The notes beneath the pieces were generated by a model that worked only from the letters and a program-made list of their open reading frames with translations, was not told where the DNA came from and did not search any database. Below, piece by piece: positions 1 through 10,622 of a stretch of DNA of 64,000 nt (position 1 is the stretch's first letter; the number at the start of each line of letters is the position of its first letter). This DNA comes from Gammaproteobacteria bacterium (GTDB taxonomy: Bacteria; Pseudomonadota; Gammaproteobacteria; SZUA-229), in contig JAOUKV010000014.1 of the NCBI GenBank assembly GCA_029882355.1, positions 3,923 to 67,922 of the forward strand. The letters are read 5' to 3'. The position numbers were made by a program, and so were the translations under genes.

Positions 1-1022
1 ATCAGTGGTACAACAACAACGATAGCAGAGAAAATATCCATCATTGCGCCTACCAACAACAGGAATAAATTTAGTAACAATAAAAATTGCAACTTGCTAT
101 CGATATGCTGTTCCAGGAAAGCCAGCATCTTCATGGGGATTTGCGCATCGATTAATAAATTGGTGAGTCCTAGTGCAATTAGTAAAATGATAAGCAGGCT
201 ACCAAATAATACGCTGGCTTCGATGAGCAGGGGAAATAATTGCGTGCGCAAGTTAATCTGGTGATAAACACTTGTTTCAATAAATAGTACGTAGCTGGCG
301 GTTACAGCTGCTGCTTCCATAATGGAAACAAAACCACCGAAGATACCAACGATAATAGCTACTGGTAACAGCAGATCCCATGCACATCCGCGGGCACTGC
401 TGATAAGTAGTGATAGTTTGAATTCAGTACGTGCTACGGCATGCTTGTGTCCCATAAACGAGCTGTATAGTGCCAGCATGATCATGAGCAAAATACCGGG
501 TACGATGCCAGCCATGAACAATTTTTCGATGCTAACACCGGCAACAATGCCGAAGACTAGAATGGCAAGACTTGGTGGAAAAAGAAGTCCTAATGAACCC
601 GAAGTGGTTAACAGGCCCAGTGAGAATTTTTCTTTGTATCCTTCATCTTTGAGTATTGGATAAAGCAGTCCACCGAGAGCAAGAATGGTAACGCCGGAGG
701 CGCCAGAAAACATGGTGAAAAAAGCACAGGCACCAATGCTGACGATGGCAAGTCCACCAGGTAACCAGCCAAAGGCGGCTCGAAAAAAGCACACCAGCCT
801 TTGAGGTGCGCCACCGGATGACATAATTACACCGGAGAGAATAAACAGGGGTAGTGCAATCATATTAGGTGAGGAGGCCAGACGATTCATTTCAATAATA
901 AGTAGATCAGGGCTAAGATCTAAAGCCTGGCTGGCAAGCAGTCCTCCAGCGGCGAGGGCAGAAAATAGTGGTACGCCAAGTAAGGCGATAATAATCAGAA
1001 GAATGATAGCTAAGGTAATCAT
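1..1022 (-). CDS. dctM: TRAP transporter large permease subunit (DctM family), 3' end runs off the window
   Basis: Not in the ORF track. Manual translation from ATG at 1022 gives MITLAIILLIIIALLGVPLF...MIALPLFILSG...GGAPQRLV, a hydrophobic DctM-type sequence. The ATG overlaps the TGA of the small permease (ATGA). Confidence 0.9.
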   Translation of the reverse strand, partial: MITLAIILLIIIALLGVPLFSALAAGGLLASQALDLSPDLLIIEMNRLASSPNMIALPLFILSGVIMSSGGAPQRLVCFFRAAFGWLPGGLAIVSIGACAFFTMFSGASGVTILALGGLLYPILKDEGYKEKFSLGLLTTSGSLGLLFPPSLAILVFGIVAGVSIEKLFMAGIVPGILLMIMLALYSSFMGHKHAVARTEFKLSLLISSARGCAWDLLLPVAIIVGIFGGFVSIMEAAAVTASYVLFIETSVYHQINLRTQLFPLLIEASVLFGSLLIILLIALGLTNLLIDAQIPMKMLAFLEQHIDSKLQFLLLLNLFLLLVGAMMDIFSAIVVVVPL

Positions 1023-1495
1023 TTATCTTCTGATACAGGGCAGACTGGTTTAAAACATAGAAAAAAGAAGTGCAGGCTGAGCAGTGAAAAACCAAGCGGG
1101 TATATGAGGGTAAATGGTAAAGCCCAGCGTTCATTGGCGGGTGCATATTGCCATTCATCCAGACAAAACTGAATGGCGGGATAACACATTGTTGCACACA
1201 CCAGCGCGGTGAAAAACCATAAGGGTGTGCAAAGCCGGTTTAACCACTTCTTACTTAATAGCGGCGAGAGTGCATCAATTTTAATATGGCGTAATTGTGG
1301 TGTGGCCAGCACCGCGCCCATGCCACCACAAACGAGTAATAAGTGGCGGTTAATGATTTCAATTTCCGGATAACCAAAATCGAAGATGTTACGAATAATG
1401 ATCTGAAATATCGAAAGTACCAGCATTAAAAACAGGCTGCCTGCGGCAGCCCAGCTTTCAATAGTAATCAGTTTTTTTTCTAAGGTACGTAGCAA
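1019..1495 (-). CDS. dctQ: TRAP transporter small permease subunit (DctQ family)
   Basis: 158 aa, about 4 TM segments, HIKID motif, located between the DctP and DctM genes. Confidence 0.88.
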   Translation of the reverse strand: MLRTLEKKLITIESWAAAGSLFLMLVLSIFQIIIRNIFDFGYPEIEIINRHLLLVCGGMGAVLATPQLRHIKIDALSPLLSKKWLNRLCTPLWFFTALVCATMCYPAIQFCLDEWQYAPANERWALPFTLIYPLGFSLLSLHFFFLCFKPVCPVSEDK

Positions 1496-1503
1496 GTTGG
1501 AGG

Positions 1504-2526
1504 CTATTTTTTAGGGGTGTGGCTAATTCGATATTTTTCAAGCAAATCACGAGCCTTGTTGGAAAAGCTGGCAGGTATGTAGTCAGTGTTTTCCAGGTGT
1601 TTGGCTGCCTGATCTCTAATGCGAAGAAATTCTTTCATCTCCTGATCATTCCAGTCCCACAGGAATTGAATGCCATAGCGTTCAAGAAGATTGCGGCTTC
1701 GTTCATTTTCAAAGCGCGCATTTTTACGAATTTTGTCACTCATTATCTTGCCAGTGGTTTTTAACATCTGTTGAAGATCTTTGGGTAATTTGTCAAAAAA
1801 ACGATTACTGATGACCAGGCCGCCGATGGCATTAGTGACAGAAATATTGGTGCTGTATTTGAGTTTAGTGTGCCACTGTAGGCCGATAGCGCCGAAGGTG
1901 GAAATATAAACAGTGTCGATGCTGCCATGTTTGGCAGAAAGTTGGGAATAGACGTCGATGATAGAGAGTGGCACCGGTGAGATGTCTGCAGCTTTAAAAA
2001 ACGCTTCGCCCAATGGGTCTCCCTGCCACAACCAGATGCGACTCTTCTTCATGTCATCGATGGATTCAATTTTATGTTGTGAGAAAAAGTGGATGAACCC
2101 AACTTCCGGCCAGCCTAGTAGCTCGAAGCCATTCTGTTTGAAACCAATTTCTATCTCCGGCATTAATTGGTCACGAACATAATCGGATTCGCTGGTATTT
2201 TTGAACAAAAATGGCATTTCAAGAACACGCGCAGGTGAATAAATTCTACCAATGCCATAGCCAGTGAATAGGCCGCCCTGTAACTGGTTTTTGCGAATTT
2301 TACGTAAGACATCAGGTTCATCGCCCATAACGCCACCCGAATACATTTTTACTTTTAAACGGCCCTGACTTTTTGTTTCAATTTCTTTAACCCAGTTATC
2401 AAGTATGATTGACCAGGCTGTGCCGGTGGGTAGCAGGGTTGCGAATTTAAGTATGTATGTTTCTTTAGCAACAACCTGTGAAGAAGAAAAAATCGCAATG
2501 AATAAAATAAGGGTCCTTAGAACCAT
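1504..2526 (-). CDS. dctP: TRAP substrate-binding protein (DctP/TatP type)
   Basis: Signal peptide; LKFATLLP.GT.W, YSGGVMGDE and LEMPFLF motifs of DctP/SBP_bac_7. Confidence 0.9.
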   Translation of the reverse strand: MVLRTLILFIAIFSSSQVVAKETYILKFATLLPTGTAWSIILDNWVKEIETKSQGRLKVKMYSGGVMGDEPDVLRKIRKNQLQGGLFTGYGIGRIYSPARVLEMPFLFKNTSESDYVRDQLMPEIEIGFKQNGFELLGWPEVGFIHFFSQHKIESIDDMKKSRIWLWQGDPLGEAFFKAADISPVPLSIIDVYSQLSAKHGSIDTVYISTFGAIGLQWHTKLKYSTNISVTNAIGGLVISNRFFDKLPKDLQQMLKTTGKIMSDKIRKNARFENERSRNLLERYGIQFLWDWNDQEMKEFLRIRDQAAKHLENTDYIPASFSNKARDLLEKYRISHTPKK

Positions 2527-3374
2527 TTCTCTTCCTCTTTAAGTAACATCACAGCTTTTCGTTTAGCTATTTGATTGAGTAATACCAGGTCCGGGTGTAA
2601 ATCTACGGGCGCGTTAATGATTTTTGTCAGTCGATTATGAAAATCTTCCTGATCCATTTTTTGTCGTGAAAGGTATTGAGCCTGCAATAAATCGGCAACT
2701 AATAAATCGTTATTTGTAATTTCGCGGGCACGGTCAAAATGTGCTTCAGATTTTTTGAAGTCACCACCGAACATGGGTGATCGGCCGCCGTAGAAAACGC
2801 CAAAGTACATGTGGGCACCACCATAGTAAAAGGTGTCATCCAGTTCCAGTACGCGTTGCATTAATGCCGTAGGTTTGGGTAATTCGATCAGGCTTTCAGA
2901 TTTGTCGCGATTCTGGTCTATCCATTTTGCCCAGTTGCTGGCCGTCCAGAAAAGAGCGCCTACATCGTCATCATCCATTTTCATCAGTGCTGCTTCTAAT
3001 TCATCCATGGTGCCATTTCTAATGTTTTTGTAGCCGTTGACGTCGAGTGCATGTAATCCATGTTTCAGCCCGCGCAAATAAAAGTTGACGGCGCGTTGGC
3101 GTTTATTGTCTTCATTGAAACCATAAGCCAGACCGTAATAAGCCTGGGCAGCATAGACACGTAGAGAGTCATTATCGGGATCGATACTAATCATGCCTTC
3201 CAGCATATTGAGATTAGTTGGGATAGAGTTTTCCGCTAGTTGCAGGTCAGCTTCCTGATTTAGGGCGTATATGCCGCCTTCGATCAGGGGGGTGGAGGCG
3301 CGAACCAGCATTTGATCGATGGAGCAACCGCTGATAACGGCACTAATGAGCAGCAGTAGGGTAATTCTGATCAT
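2517..3374 (-). CDS. tatT: TRAP-associated T component (TatT) lipoprotein, TPAT system
   Basis: Lipobox ISGC, TPR-like helical body with LELDDTFYYGGAH and SPMFGGD motifs, first gene of the P-Q-M operon. Confidence 0.85.
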   Translation of the reverse strand: MIRITLLLLISAVISGCSIDQMLVRASTPLIEGGIYALNQEADLQLAENSIPTNLNMLEGMISIDPDNDSLRVYAAQAYYGLAYGFNEDNKRQRAVNFYLRGLKHGLHALDVNGYKNIRNGTMDELEAALMKMDDDDVGALFWTASNWAKWIDQNRDKSESLIELPKPTALMQRVLELDDTFYYGGAHMYFGVFYGGRSPMFGGDFKKSEAHFDRAREITNNDLLVADLLQAQYLSRQKMDQEDFHNRLTKIINAPVDLHPDLVLLNQIAKRKAVMLLKEEEKWF

Positions 3375-3421
3375 GATGCTTGTTTCTACCTGGGAATTTG
3401 TTGGTATGTAGTGGCCTAATA

Positions 3422-4651
3422 CTAATGGAAAAACCAGTATCCCGCCATAAAAGCAGTGGTGATACCTGCGGCATCGGCAATTAAAGCACAGGTAATAGCG
3501 TGACGAACGTGGCGGATACCGACACTGCCGAAATAAACAGCGAGTACGTAGAAGGTGGTTTCGGTGCTGCCCTGTAAAATGGCAGCGAGTGTAGCGGGGA
3601 AGGAATCGACGCCGTGGGTGCTCATGGTTTCCAGCATCATGGCACGGGCACCGCTGCCACTGAGGGGTTTCATTAACGCCGTGGGCAGCGCCTGGATGAA
3701 ATCGGTGTTGAAGCCAAACAGTGTGAACATGTATTCAACGCCGATTAGTATGCCATCGAGCACACCACTGGTACGCAATACGCCGATCGCAACCAGCATA
3801 CCGACCAGATAAGGAATGAGCTTGATGGCAACATCAAAACCTTCTTTGGCGCCGTCGATAAAGGCATCGTAGACATTGACCTTTTTCCACCAGCCATAGC
3901 CCAGAAATAACATGATCAGGCTAAATAATGTCAGATTACCGAGCAGGCTGGAGATGGCTGAGATTTGATCAGTGGGCTGGCTAACCAGATAGCTGGCCAG
4001 GCCACTCAATAATAAAGTGAATCCGGCAAAGTAAGTGAGTACGACTTTATTTAACAGGTTAATTTTTTGGACATATGATACCGCTAGCAGGCCGGCCAGT
4101 GTTGAGGCCGAGGTGGCGAGCAGAATGGGAATAAAAACCGCCGCAGGATCAGCGGCACCCTGCTGGGCACGATACATGAAGATGGTAATGGGCAGCAGTG
4201 TGACCGAAGAGGTGTTCAATACCAGGAATAGAATTTGTGCATTACTGGCGGTCTCTTTATCCGGATTGAGCGACTGCATATCCTGCATGGCTTTCAAACC
4301 CATTGGTGTGGCAGCGTTATCCAGGCCGAGCATATTGGCGGCAATGTTCATGGTGATACTGCCATGGCTGGCATGGCCACGGGGAATTTCCGGCATCAAT
4401 TTTAAAAACAGCGGCTCAAGGCCACGAGAGAGAATATTGATTAACCCCGCCTGTTCAGCGATACGAAATAAACCCAGCCACAGGCACAAGACGCCAATCA
4501 GACCGATAGCAATTTCAACGCTCAGTCCAGCCATGTCGAAAGTAGATTGAACCAGGGCGGCAAAGATGTCGGCGCGACCGTTAATCAGCCATTGATAAAG
4601 CGCGGTTGCAAAAGAGACGGCAAAAAAACCAAACCAGATATGTACCAGCAT
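3422..4651 (-). CDS. Fused SpmA/SpmB nucleoside-recognition (Gate) domain membrane protein
   Basis: ANMLGLDNAATPMGLKAM (SpmA-like), KPLSGSGARA and GSTETTFYVLAVYFG (SpmB-like). Confidence 0.88.
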   Translation of the reverse strand: MLVHIWFGFFAVSFATALYQWLINGRADIFAALVQSTFDMAGLSVEIAIGLIGVLCLWLGLFRIAEQAGLINILSRGLEPLFLKLMPEIPRGHASHGSITMNIAANMLGLDNAATPMGLKAMQDMQSLNPDKETASNAQILFLVLNTSSVTLLPITIFMYRAQQGAADPAAVFIPILLATSASTLAGLLAVSYVQKINLLNKVVLTYFAGFTLLLSGLASYLVSQPTDQISAISSLLGNLTLFSLIMLFLGYGWWKKVNVYDAFIDGAKEGFDVAIKLIPYLVGMLVAIGVLRTSGVLDGILIGVEYMFTLFGFNTDFIQALPTALMKPLSGSGARAMMLETMSTHGVDSFPATLAAILQGSTETTFYVLAVYFGSVGIRHVRHAITCALIADAAGITTAFMAGYWFFH

Positions 4652-4730
4652 TCAGAATCCTGAATCGTTTAGTGGATAACAGGATGAAGAATGCAGGTAA
4701 TGTAGATCTGGCGCAACTCTGATACTTAAT

Positions 4731-5171
4731 TTATGCCTTTACTTGTGAACGAGCCCAGCTGATTAATTGCTCTTGATTCATTGCACCTGCCTGTTGTGCA
4801 ATCACCTTGCCATTTTTGAAGATGGCCAGTGTTGGGATGCTGCGAATACCATAACGTGCAGCAATCGATTGCTCGTTTTCGGTGTTGAGCTTGCCGAGGC
4901 GAATTTGTGGTTCCAGTTGTTGCGCGGCCTGTTCAAAAGCCGGTGCCATCATTTTGCAGGGGCCGCACCAGGGTGCCCAGAAATCGACCAGTACAGGAAT
5001 ATCGTTGTTATTGATCATGCGGTCAAAATTGCTGCTATTGAGTTCAACCGGGCGGTGATTGAATAAGGGTGCGCCGCATTTTCCACAGGTGCCACCAGCG
5101 TCAAGTCGATTGGCGGGAATGCGATTAGTGGTTGAGCAGTTGGGGCAGGTGATGTGCACGGGCTGTGTCAT
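4731..5171 (-). CDS. trxC: Thioredoxin 2 (Zn-binding)
   Basis: N-terminal CPNC and CGKC zinc motifs plus WCGPC active site. Confidence 0.95.
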   Translation of the reverse strand: MTQPVHITCPNCSTTNRIPANRLDAGGTCGKCGAPLFNHRPVELNSSNFDRMINNNDIPVLVDFWAPWCGPCKMMAPAFEQAAQQLEPQIRLGKLNTENEQSIAARYGIRSIPTLAIFKNGKVIAQQAGAMNQEQLISWARSQVKA

Positions 5172-5315
5172 AGTGGGTTCCAGTAGTTCTTTGATTAACA
5201 GGAATATTGGGGTGGATAGGAGGATTTCAAGTTTTTAAATAAAAAGAGGTTTTGTATTATCTTTTACAGTGAAATAGCATGTGTCTTTAACGATTGTTTT
5301 TGATCAGTAATATTT

Positions 5316-5753
5316 ATGTCAAAAAAAGGAACCTATATTGTATTGCTGAAAAGTGAGCAATCAAAAAATATTCAAATTGGAAGGCTGGCGCAGTTAAATC
5401 TGCAGAAGGGGTATTACCTGTACATTGGCAGCGCCTTGGGGCCTGGTGGTGTTCTCTCACGCCTAAAACATCACCATAGAATTAGCAAAAAGCCGCATTG
5501 GCATCTGGATTATTTACGTGCCGAAACTAAATTTTATGCGGCTTATGCTTTGTTTTCGCCGCAGAGAAAGGAGTGTGAGTGGGCAGAATTAATGGCGAAG
5601 AGCGAAGTGGTTATTGAACCTTTAAAAGGCTTTGGCTCATCCGACTGCCAGTGCGACACACATCTTTTTTATTTTTCATCTTCTGTGAAGATGGCAAGGG
5701 TTATTCAGGGTGTAGAGGGGATCCTGAAAGTTGATGTGGGTTTATTACTTTGA
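5316..5753 (+). CDS. GIY-YIG/Uri superfamily nuclease (DUF123 type)
   Basis: KGTY...GYYLYIGSA, HWHLDYL and GFGSSDCQCDTHLF motifs. Confidence 0.8.
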   Translation: MSKKGTYIVLLKSEQSKNIQIGRLAQLNLQKGYYLYIGSALGPGGVLSRLKHHHRISKKPHWHLDYLRAETKFYAAYALFSPQRKECEWAELMAKSEVVIEPLKGFGSSDCQCDTHLFYFSSSVKMARVIQGVEGILKVDVGLLL

Positions 5754-5764
5754 TCGATTCTGGG

Positions 5765-6127
5765 CTAACCTAGCAGCGCATCAATTTTTGACAGTAAGTC
5801 TTTGCTTTCAGGTGGTTTGACGACGTAATCTTTTGCGCCCTGACGTTTGGCCCAGACTTTGTCAGTTTCCTGATCCTTGGTGGTAAGCATGATCACAGGA
5901 ATGTGTTTAGTCTCAGGATTGGTTGTAATGGTACGCGTTGCCTGGAAGCCGCTGATGCCTGGCATAACCACATCCATAACGATCAAGTCGGGTTTTTCGA
6001 TGATGGACTTTGCAATGCCTTCTTCGCCGCTCACTGCAGGAATAACTTCGTGTCCGGCTGATAACAGAATTTTTGTAGTGCCTGCGAGTAATGTCGGTGA
6101 GTCGTCTACGACTAGAATACGTGCCAT
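5765..6127 (-). CDS. pilH: Single-domain response regulator, PilH-like
   Basis: ARILVVDDSPT, DVVMPG.SGFQATR, TTKDQETDKVW..RQGA..Y; start reassigned to ATG at 6127. Confidence 0.8.
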   Translation of the reverse strand: MARILVVDDSPTLLAGTTKILLSAGHEVIPAVSGEEGIAKSIIEKPDLIVMDVVMPGISGFQATRTITTNPETKHIPVIMLTTKDQETDKVWAKRQGAKDYVVKPPESKDLLSKIDALLG

Positions 6128-6285
6128 AAATAAAACCTTGATACAGTTAGTTGGCATAAGCCTACAATATATATGAAATATATAATAGATTAATTTACGC
6201 TAAGTGAGTTTTTAGTTTAATGCGATGATTTATATTTTTGCCAATCCGTTCTATCATGGCGTTTTTAAGGGTGTGAGGGTGGTGT

Positions 6286-7482
6286 GTGTTCAGTATTTTT
6301 TCTTCCATGATAATACCTCTCAGTTTATTAGGGCTGGCTTTTTTTCTGTATCCTGATTTGACTGATCTGCCGAAGTCACAGTTGGTGATTATTCAGCTAT
6401 TGCCGTTGGTTATTGCGGCAATAGGCATGAGCTTGTGTTTGAGATTTAATCGTAGCCTGGTGTTCTTTACTGTATTGGCTCTGGTTATTGCCTATGTATT
6501 AATGCAATGGTATTTGCCGAGGATAGGTTGGGTCGAGACAAAAATCGTCTGGTCGGCCCTATGCGTATTATTGCCATTAAATATTATGGTGATTTCATTG
6601 TTGAAAGAACGCGGCATATTGACATGGTGGGGAGGGAGTCGCTTAGCGTTTTTGCTGTTGCCCATGCTGTTTTTTATTGTGGTGGCGAAATATTATCCTA
6701 CAGAATTACTACATATGCTCACCTTACGTTTTGTCGAGATATCTGTAATGAGTCAGGTTAATTTAGCGCAGTTGCCATTGGTGGTAATGATGGTCGCGGT
6801 GCTGGTTTTAAATGGACGATGGTTTGTGCAGGCGACAGAGCAGAATAGTGCTTTATTTATTGCATTAATTAGCGCTGTGTTTATGTTGTATTTCAAAAAT
6901 GATACCGCAACTCAGGCTGTATTTGCCTGCGCCGCCATGTTGATGCTGGTGATTGCTGTTGTGCAGGAATCCTGGAGCATGGCGTATATCGACCAGCTAA
7001 CCAGTTTGCCGGGCAGGCGTGCACTGGAAGAAGAGATGCTTAAGCTGGGCAGCAATTACTCTATTGCCATGATGGATATTGATCATTTCAAAAAATTTAA
7101 TGATTCATATGGTCACGACGCGGGCGATCAGGTGTTGCAAATGGTGGCCGCACGAATCAAGCAGTCAGTTTCCGGGGGCAAAGCTTTTCGTTATGGCGGG
7201 GAAGAATTTACCATCGTCTTTCCGGGCAAAAAAATAGAAGATACATTGGAGGTGCTTGAAGCCGTTCGTGAAAATATTGGTGGCAGCAAGTTCCAGTTGC
7301 GTAAGAAAGATCGTCGCAGGGGTAATGATAAAAAAGATGGCAGTAAAAATGTAGAGGTAACTATCAGTATTGGGGTTGCTGAACGGAATTTGAGTATGAA
7401 TATTCCGCATGAGGTTGTGAAGGGTGCGGATAAAGCTTTGTATAGAGCGAAAAAACAGGGAAGAAACAGGGTTTGTAAGTAG
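6286..7482 (+). CDS. Membrane diguanylate cyclase (multi-TM + GGDEF)
   Basis: Hydrophobic N-terminal half; DIDHFKKFND.YGH..GD and RYGGEEF; no RxxD I-site. Confidence 0.9.
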   Translation: MFSIFSSMIIPLSLLGLAFFLYPDLTDLPKSQLVIIQLLPLVIAAIGMSLCLRFNRSLVFFTVLALVIAYVLMQWYLPRIGWVETKIVWSALCVLLPLNIMVISLLKERGILTWWGGSRLAFLLLPMLFFIVVAKYYPTELLHMLTLRFVEISVMSQVNLAQLPLVVMMVAVLVLNGRWFVQATEQNSALFIALISAVFMLYFKNDTATQAVFACAAMLMLVIAVVQESWSMAYIDQLTSLPGRRALEEEMLKLGSNYSIAMMDIDHFKKFNDSYGHDAGDQVLQMVAARIKQSVSGGKAFRYGGEEFTIVFPGKKIEDTLEVLEAVRENIGGSKFQLRKKDRRRGNDKKDGSKNVEVTISIGVAERNLSMNIPHEVVKGADKALYRAKKQGRNRVCK

Positions 7483-7839
7483 GTGTGTCGACCATAAGCA
7501 GGAAATCGAGTGCCGGGCTAGAGGGTATTGCAAGCATTTGACCTTGTCCGAGTAAGGCCATTTTGACTGTTTGTTGGAGTGAATATGGCATTCTAGACAT
7601 TAATCTTGAGTGCTTTTATCAGTTTTTTACAAAATTACTGCAAATTAAGCCCAAAACTACTGCTTACTGCCATACATTCAGGTTAATCTGGTTTATAATC
7701 CTGCGGCTAAGTTGCACCCGTACACGTCACCCCAGTGTGATCTTTAAAAAAGGGATATCCGGCAGGTCTGGGTACTCTGAATTGTGGTTCGTGGACATCT
7801 TCGATTCATTGAATAAACCGTATTAGAGTATGTAGGAAT

Positions 7840-9930
7840 ATGACTGATTTAGCCAAGTATAGAAACATAGGTATTTTCGCTCACGTGGATGCCGGAAAAA
7901 CAACCACCACGGAACGCATTCTGAAGCTGACCGGTAAGATTCATAAAACCGGTGAAGTGCATGATGGCGAAGCCACTACTGATTTCATGGAGCAGGAGCA
8001 GGAACGTGGTATTACTATCCAATCGGCGGCAACCAGCTGTGAGTGGAATGGTCACCGTCTGAATATCATCGACACACCGGGACACGTTGACTTCACGATT
8101 GAAGTATACCGTTCACTGAAAGTGCTCGATGGCGGCATCGGTGTATTCTGTGGCTCTGGCGGTGTAGAGCCTCAGTCAGAAACCAACTGGCGTTATGCTA
8201 ATGATTCTGAAGTGGCCCGTGTTATTTTTGTAAACAAATTAGACCGTATTGGTGCTGACTTCTACAAGGTTGTCGATCAGGTTGAAAATGTACTCGGTGC
8301 TAATCCACTGGTCATGGTATTGCCAATCGGTATCGAAGACGAGTTCAAAGGTTGTGTTGACCTGTTAACACGCAAAGCCTGGATATGGGATGACGAAAAA
8401 AATCTGTCTGCTTATCGTATTGAAGAAGTGCCTGCCGATATGGTCGATCAGGTTGAAGAGTACCGCGAGCAACTGATCGAAAAAGCATTAGAGCAAGACG
8501 ACGATTTGATGGAAAAATATCTGGAAGGTGAAGAGCCTTCTATTGAAGATATTAATAAATGTATTCGTAAAGGTACTATCGCACTCGACTTTTTCCCCAC
8601 TTACTGTGGTTCTGCCTTTAAGGATAAAGGTGTGCAAATGGTTCTGGACGCAGCTGTTGCTTACCTGCCTGATCCAACTGAAGTTAAACCACAGCCTGAA
8701 GTGGATCTGGAAGGTGAAGAGACTGGCGAATTTGCTATTGTTGATGCTGACAAGCCAATACGCGCATTGGCATTTAAAATTATGGATGACCGTTTCGGCG
8801 CATTGACCTTTATTCGTATCTACTCTGGTAAATTGAACAAAGGCGATACACTGCTTAATACTTTTACCGGTAAAACTGAGCGTATTGGCCGTATGGTTGA
8901 AATGCATGCTGATGAGCGTATCGAACTTGATCACGCACAAGCCGGTGACATTATCGCTATTGTTGGTATGAAGAATGTGCAGACTGGTCATACTTTATGT
9001 GATCCTAAGCATCCTGCAACACTTGAGCCTATGGTCTTCCCTGATCCCGTCATCTCAATATCTATTTCACCAGACGATAAAGGCGCTTCTGAAAAACTCG
9101 GTATTGCACTGGGCAAGATGATTAAAGAAGATCCATCATTCCGCGTTGAAACTGATGAAGACAGTGGCGAAACCATTCTTAAAGGTATGGGTGAGTTACA
9201 TCTGGATATTAAAGTTGATATTCTGAAACGTACTCACGGTATTTCTGCAACTGTCGGCAAACCTCAGGTGGCTTATCGTGAAACTATCACTCAGGTGGTT
9301 GAAGATAGTTACACGCATAAGAAACAATCAGGTGGTTCAGGTCAGTTCGGTAAAATCGACTACACCGTATCTCCAGGTGAACCAGGCAGTGGTTTTGAAT
9401 TTGAATCTACTGTAACCGGTGGTAATGTGCCTCGTGAATTCTGGCCTGCAGTAGAAAAAGGCTTTGAAAAGATGAAGGACAAAGGCGTACTCGCTGGTTA
9501 CCCTTGTCTGGATTTTAAAGTGACTTTAACTGATGGTTCATTCCATGCGGTGGATTCATCCGCTGTAGCATTTGAATTGGCAGCCATGGCGGCTTACCGT
9601 CAGTCTATGCCTAAGGCTGGCCCACAGTTGATGGAGCCGATCATGAAGGTTGATGTGTTCACACCAGACGATCACGTTGGTGATGTTATTGGCGACCTTA
9701 ACCGTCGTCGTGGCATGATCAAATCACAGGAGCCAGGTGTAACTGGCGTTCGCATTAAAGCAGAATGTCCGCTGAGCGAAATGTTTGGTTACATTGGCAC
9801 ATTGCGTACCATGACATCAGGTCGTGGTCAGTTCTCGATGGAATTCCTGCACTACATGCCATGTCCTAAGAACGTAGCAGAAGCAGTGATCACGGAAAAC
9901 AAAGAACGTGAGGCGGCGAAAAAGAAATAA
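7840..9930 (+). CDS. fusA: Elongation factor G (stand-alone paralogue)
   Basis: [29 protein letters not shown]; 696 aa; not flanked by rpsL/rpsG/tuf. Confidence 0.97.
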   Translation: MTDLAKYRNIGIFAHVDAGKTTTTERILKLTGKIHKTGEVHDGEATTDFMEQEQERGITIQSAATSCEWNGHRLNIIDTPGHVDFTIEVYRSLKVLDGGIGVFCGSGGVEPQSETNWRYANDSEVARVIFVNKLDRIGADFYKVVDQVENVLGANPLVMVLPIGIEDEFKGCVDLLTRKAWIWDDEKNLSAYRIEEVPADMVDQVEEYREQLIEKALEQDDDLMEKYLEGEEPSIEDINKCIRKGTIALDFFPTYCGSAFKDKGVQMVLDAAVAYLPDPTEVKPQPEVDLEGEETGEFAIVDADKPIRALAFKIMDDRFGALTFIRIYSGKLNKGDTLLNTFTGKTERIGRMVEMHADERIELDHAQAGDIIAIVGMKNVQTGHTLCDPKHPATLEPMVFPDPVISISISPDDKGASEKLGIALGKMIKEDPSFRVETDEDSGETILKGMGELHLDIKVDILKRTHGISATVGKPQVAYRETITQVVEDSYTHKKQSGGSGQFGKIDYTVSPGEPGSGFEFESTVTGGNVPREFWPAVEKGFEKMKDKGVLAGYPCLDFKVTLTDGSFHAVDSSAVAFELAAMAAYRQSMPKAGPQLMEPIMKVDVFTPDDHVGDVIGDLNRRRGMIKSQEPGVTGVRIKAECPLSEMFGYIGTLRTMTSGRGQFSMEFLHYMPCPKNVAEAVITENKEREAAKKK

Positions 9931-9952
9931 TTTCTTTTTTGATGTTGAAATT

Positions 9953-9983
9953 AAAAAGGGTCGGTTTTTACCGGCCCTTTTTT
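9953..9983 (+). terminator. Intrinsic terminator after fusA
   Basis: AAAAAGGGTCGGT-TTTT-ACCGGCCCTTTTTT hairpin with U-tract. Confidence 0.85.
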
Positions 9984-10012
9984 ATGGCTAAATATATAGC
10001 TAGTATTAAAGT

Positions 10013-10618
10013 GTGATGACAAACGCAGATATAAAAAAACACCAGCAGGCTTTACGCGCCTGTCGCAAATGCCCTGATATGATTCCGCCAGTGATCACTG
10101 GCGTGCCGGTAAAATCAAAAATAATTCTAATTGGCCAGGCGCCGGGTGATCGCGAAGGTGAGCTAGGGAGGCCTTTCGGCTGGACAGCAGGAAAAACTCT
10201 ATTTAAATGGTTTTCATCGATTGGCCTGGAAGAAGAGCAATTCCGTCAGCAGATTTATATTGCAGCCGTGTGTCGTTGTTTTCCCGGGAAAAAACCGAAA
10301 GGCGGCGACCGTGTGCCGAGCAAGCAAGAAATTGAACAATGCAAATCCTGGTTAGAAGCAGAGTTCGATTTAATGAAGCCTGTGTTAGTACTGCCGATAG
10401 GGAAATTAGCTATATCGCAATTTATTGAGGTAGATAAGTTGATCAATGTGATTGGTCAATCATTTAAAAAAGAAATTGGCGGGCGAACTATAGATGTTAT
10501 TCCACTGCCTCATCCATCTGGTGCGTCAACATGGCACCAAGGGCCTCCAGGAAAAGATTTGCTTGAACAGGCTTTAAAACTTATTGAGAAACATGATGAA
10601 TGGCGTGCATTATTATGA
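10013..10618 (+). CDS. Uracil-DNA glycosylase superfamily protein (family 4/5-like)
   Basis: CRKC, GQAPG, CRCFP and HPSG motifs. Confidence 0.85.
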   Translation: MMTNADIKKHQQALRACRKCPDMIPPVITGVPVKSKIILIGQAPGDREGELGRPFGWTAGKTLFKWFSSIGLEEEQFRQQIYIAAVCRCFPGKKPKGGDRVPSKQEIEQCKSWLEAEFDLMKPVLVLPIGKLAISQFIEVDKLINVIGQSFKKEIGGRTIDVIPLPHPSGASTWHQGPPGKDLLEQALKLIEKHDEWRALL

Positions 10619-10622
10619 GTCT

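Noticed and set aside
5316-5753. GIY-YIG protein as a homing endonuclease or mobile element
   Set aside because: Short stand-alone DUF123-type protein with no intron, intein or flanking repeats
7563-7826. 87-aa ORF upstream of fusA
   Set aside because: TTG start, no recognisable motif, and it overlaps the probable promoter/leader
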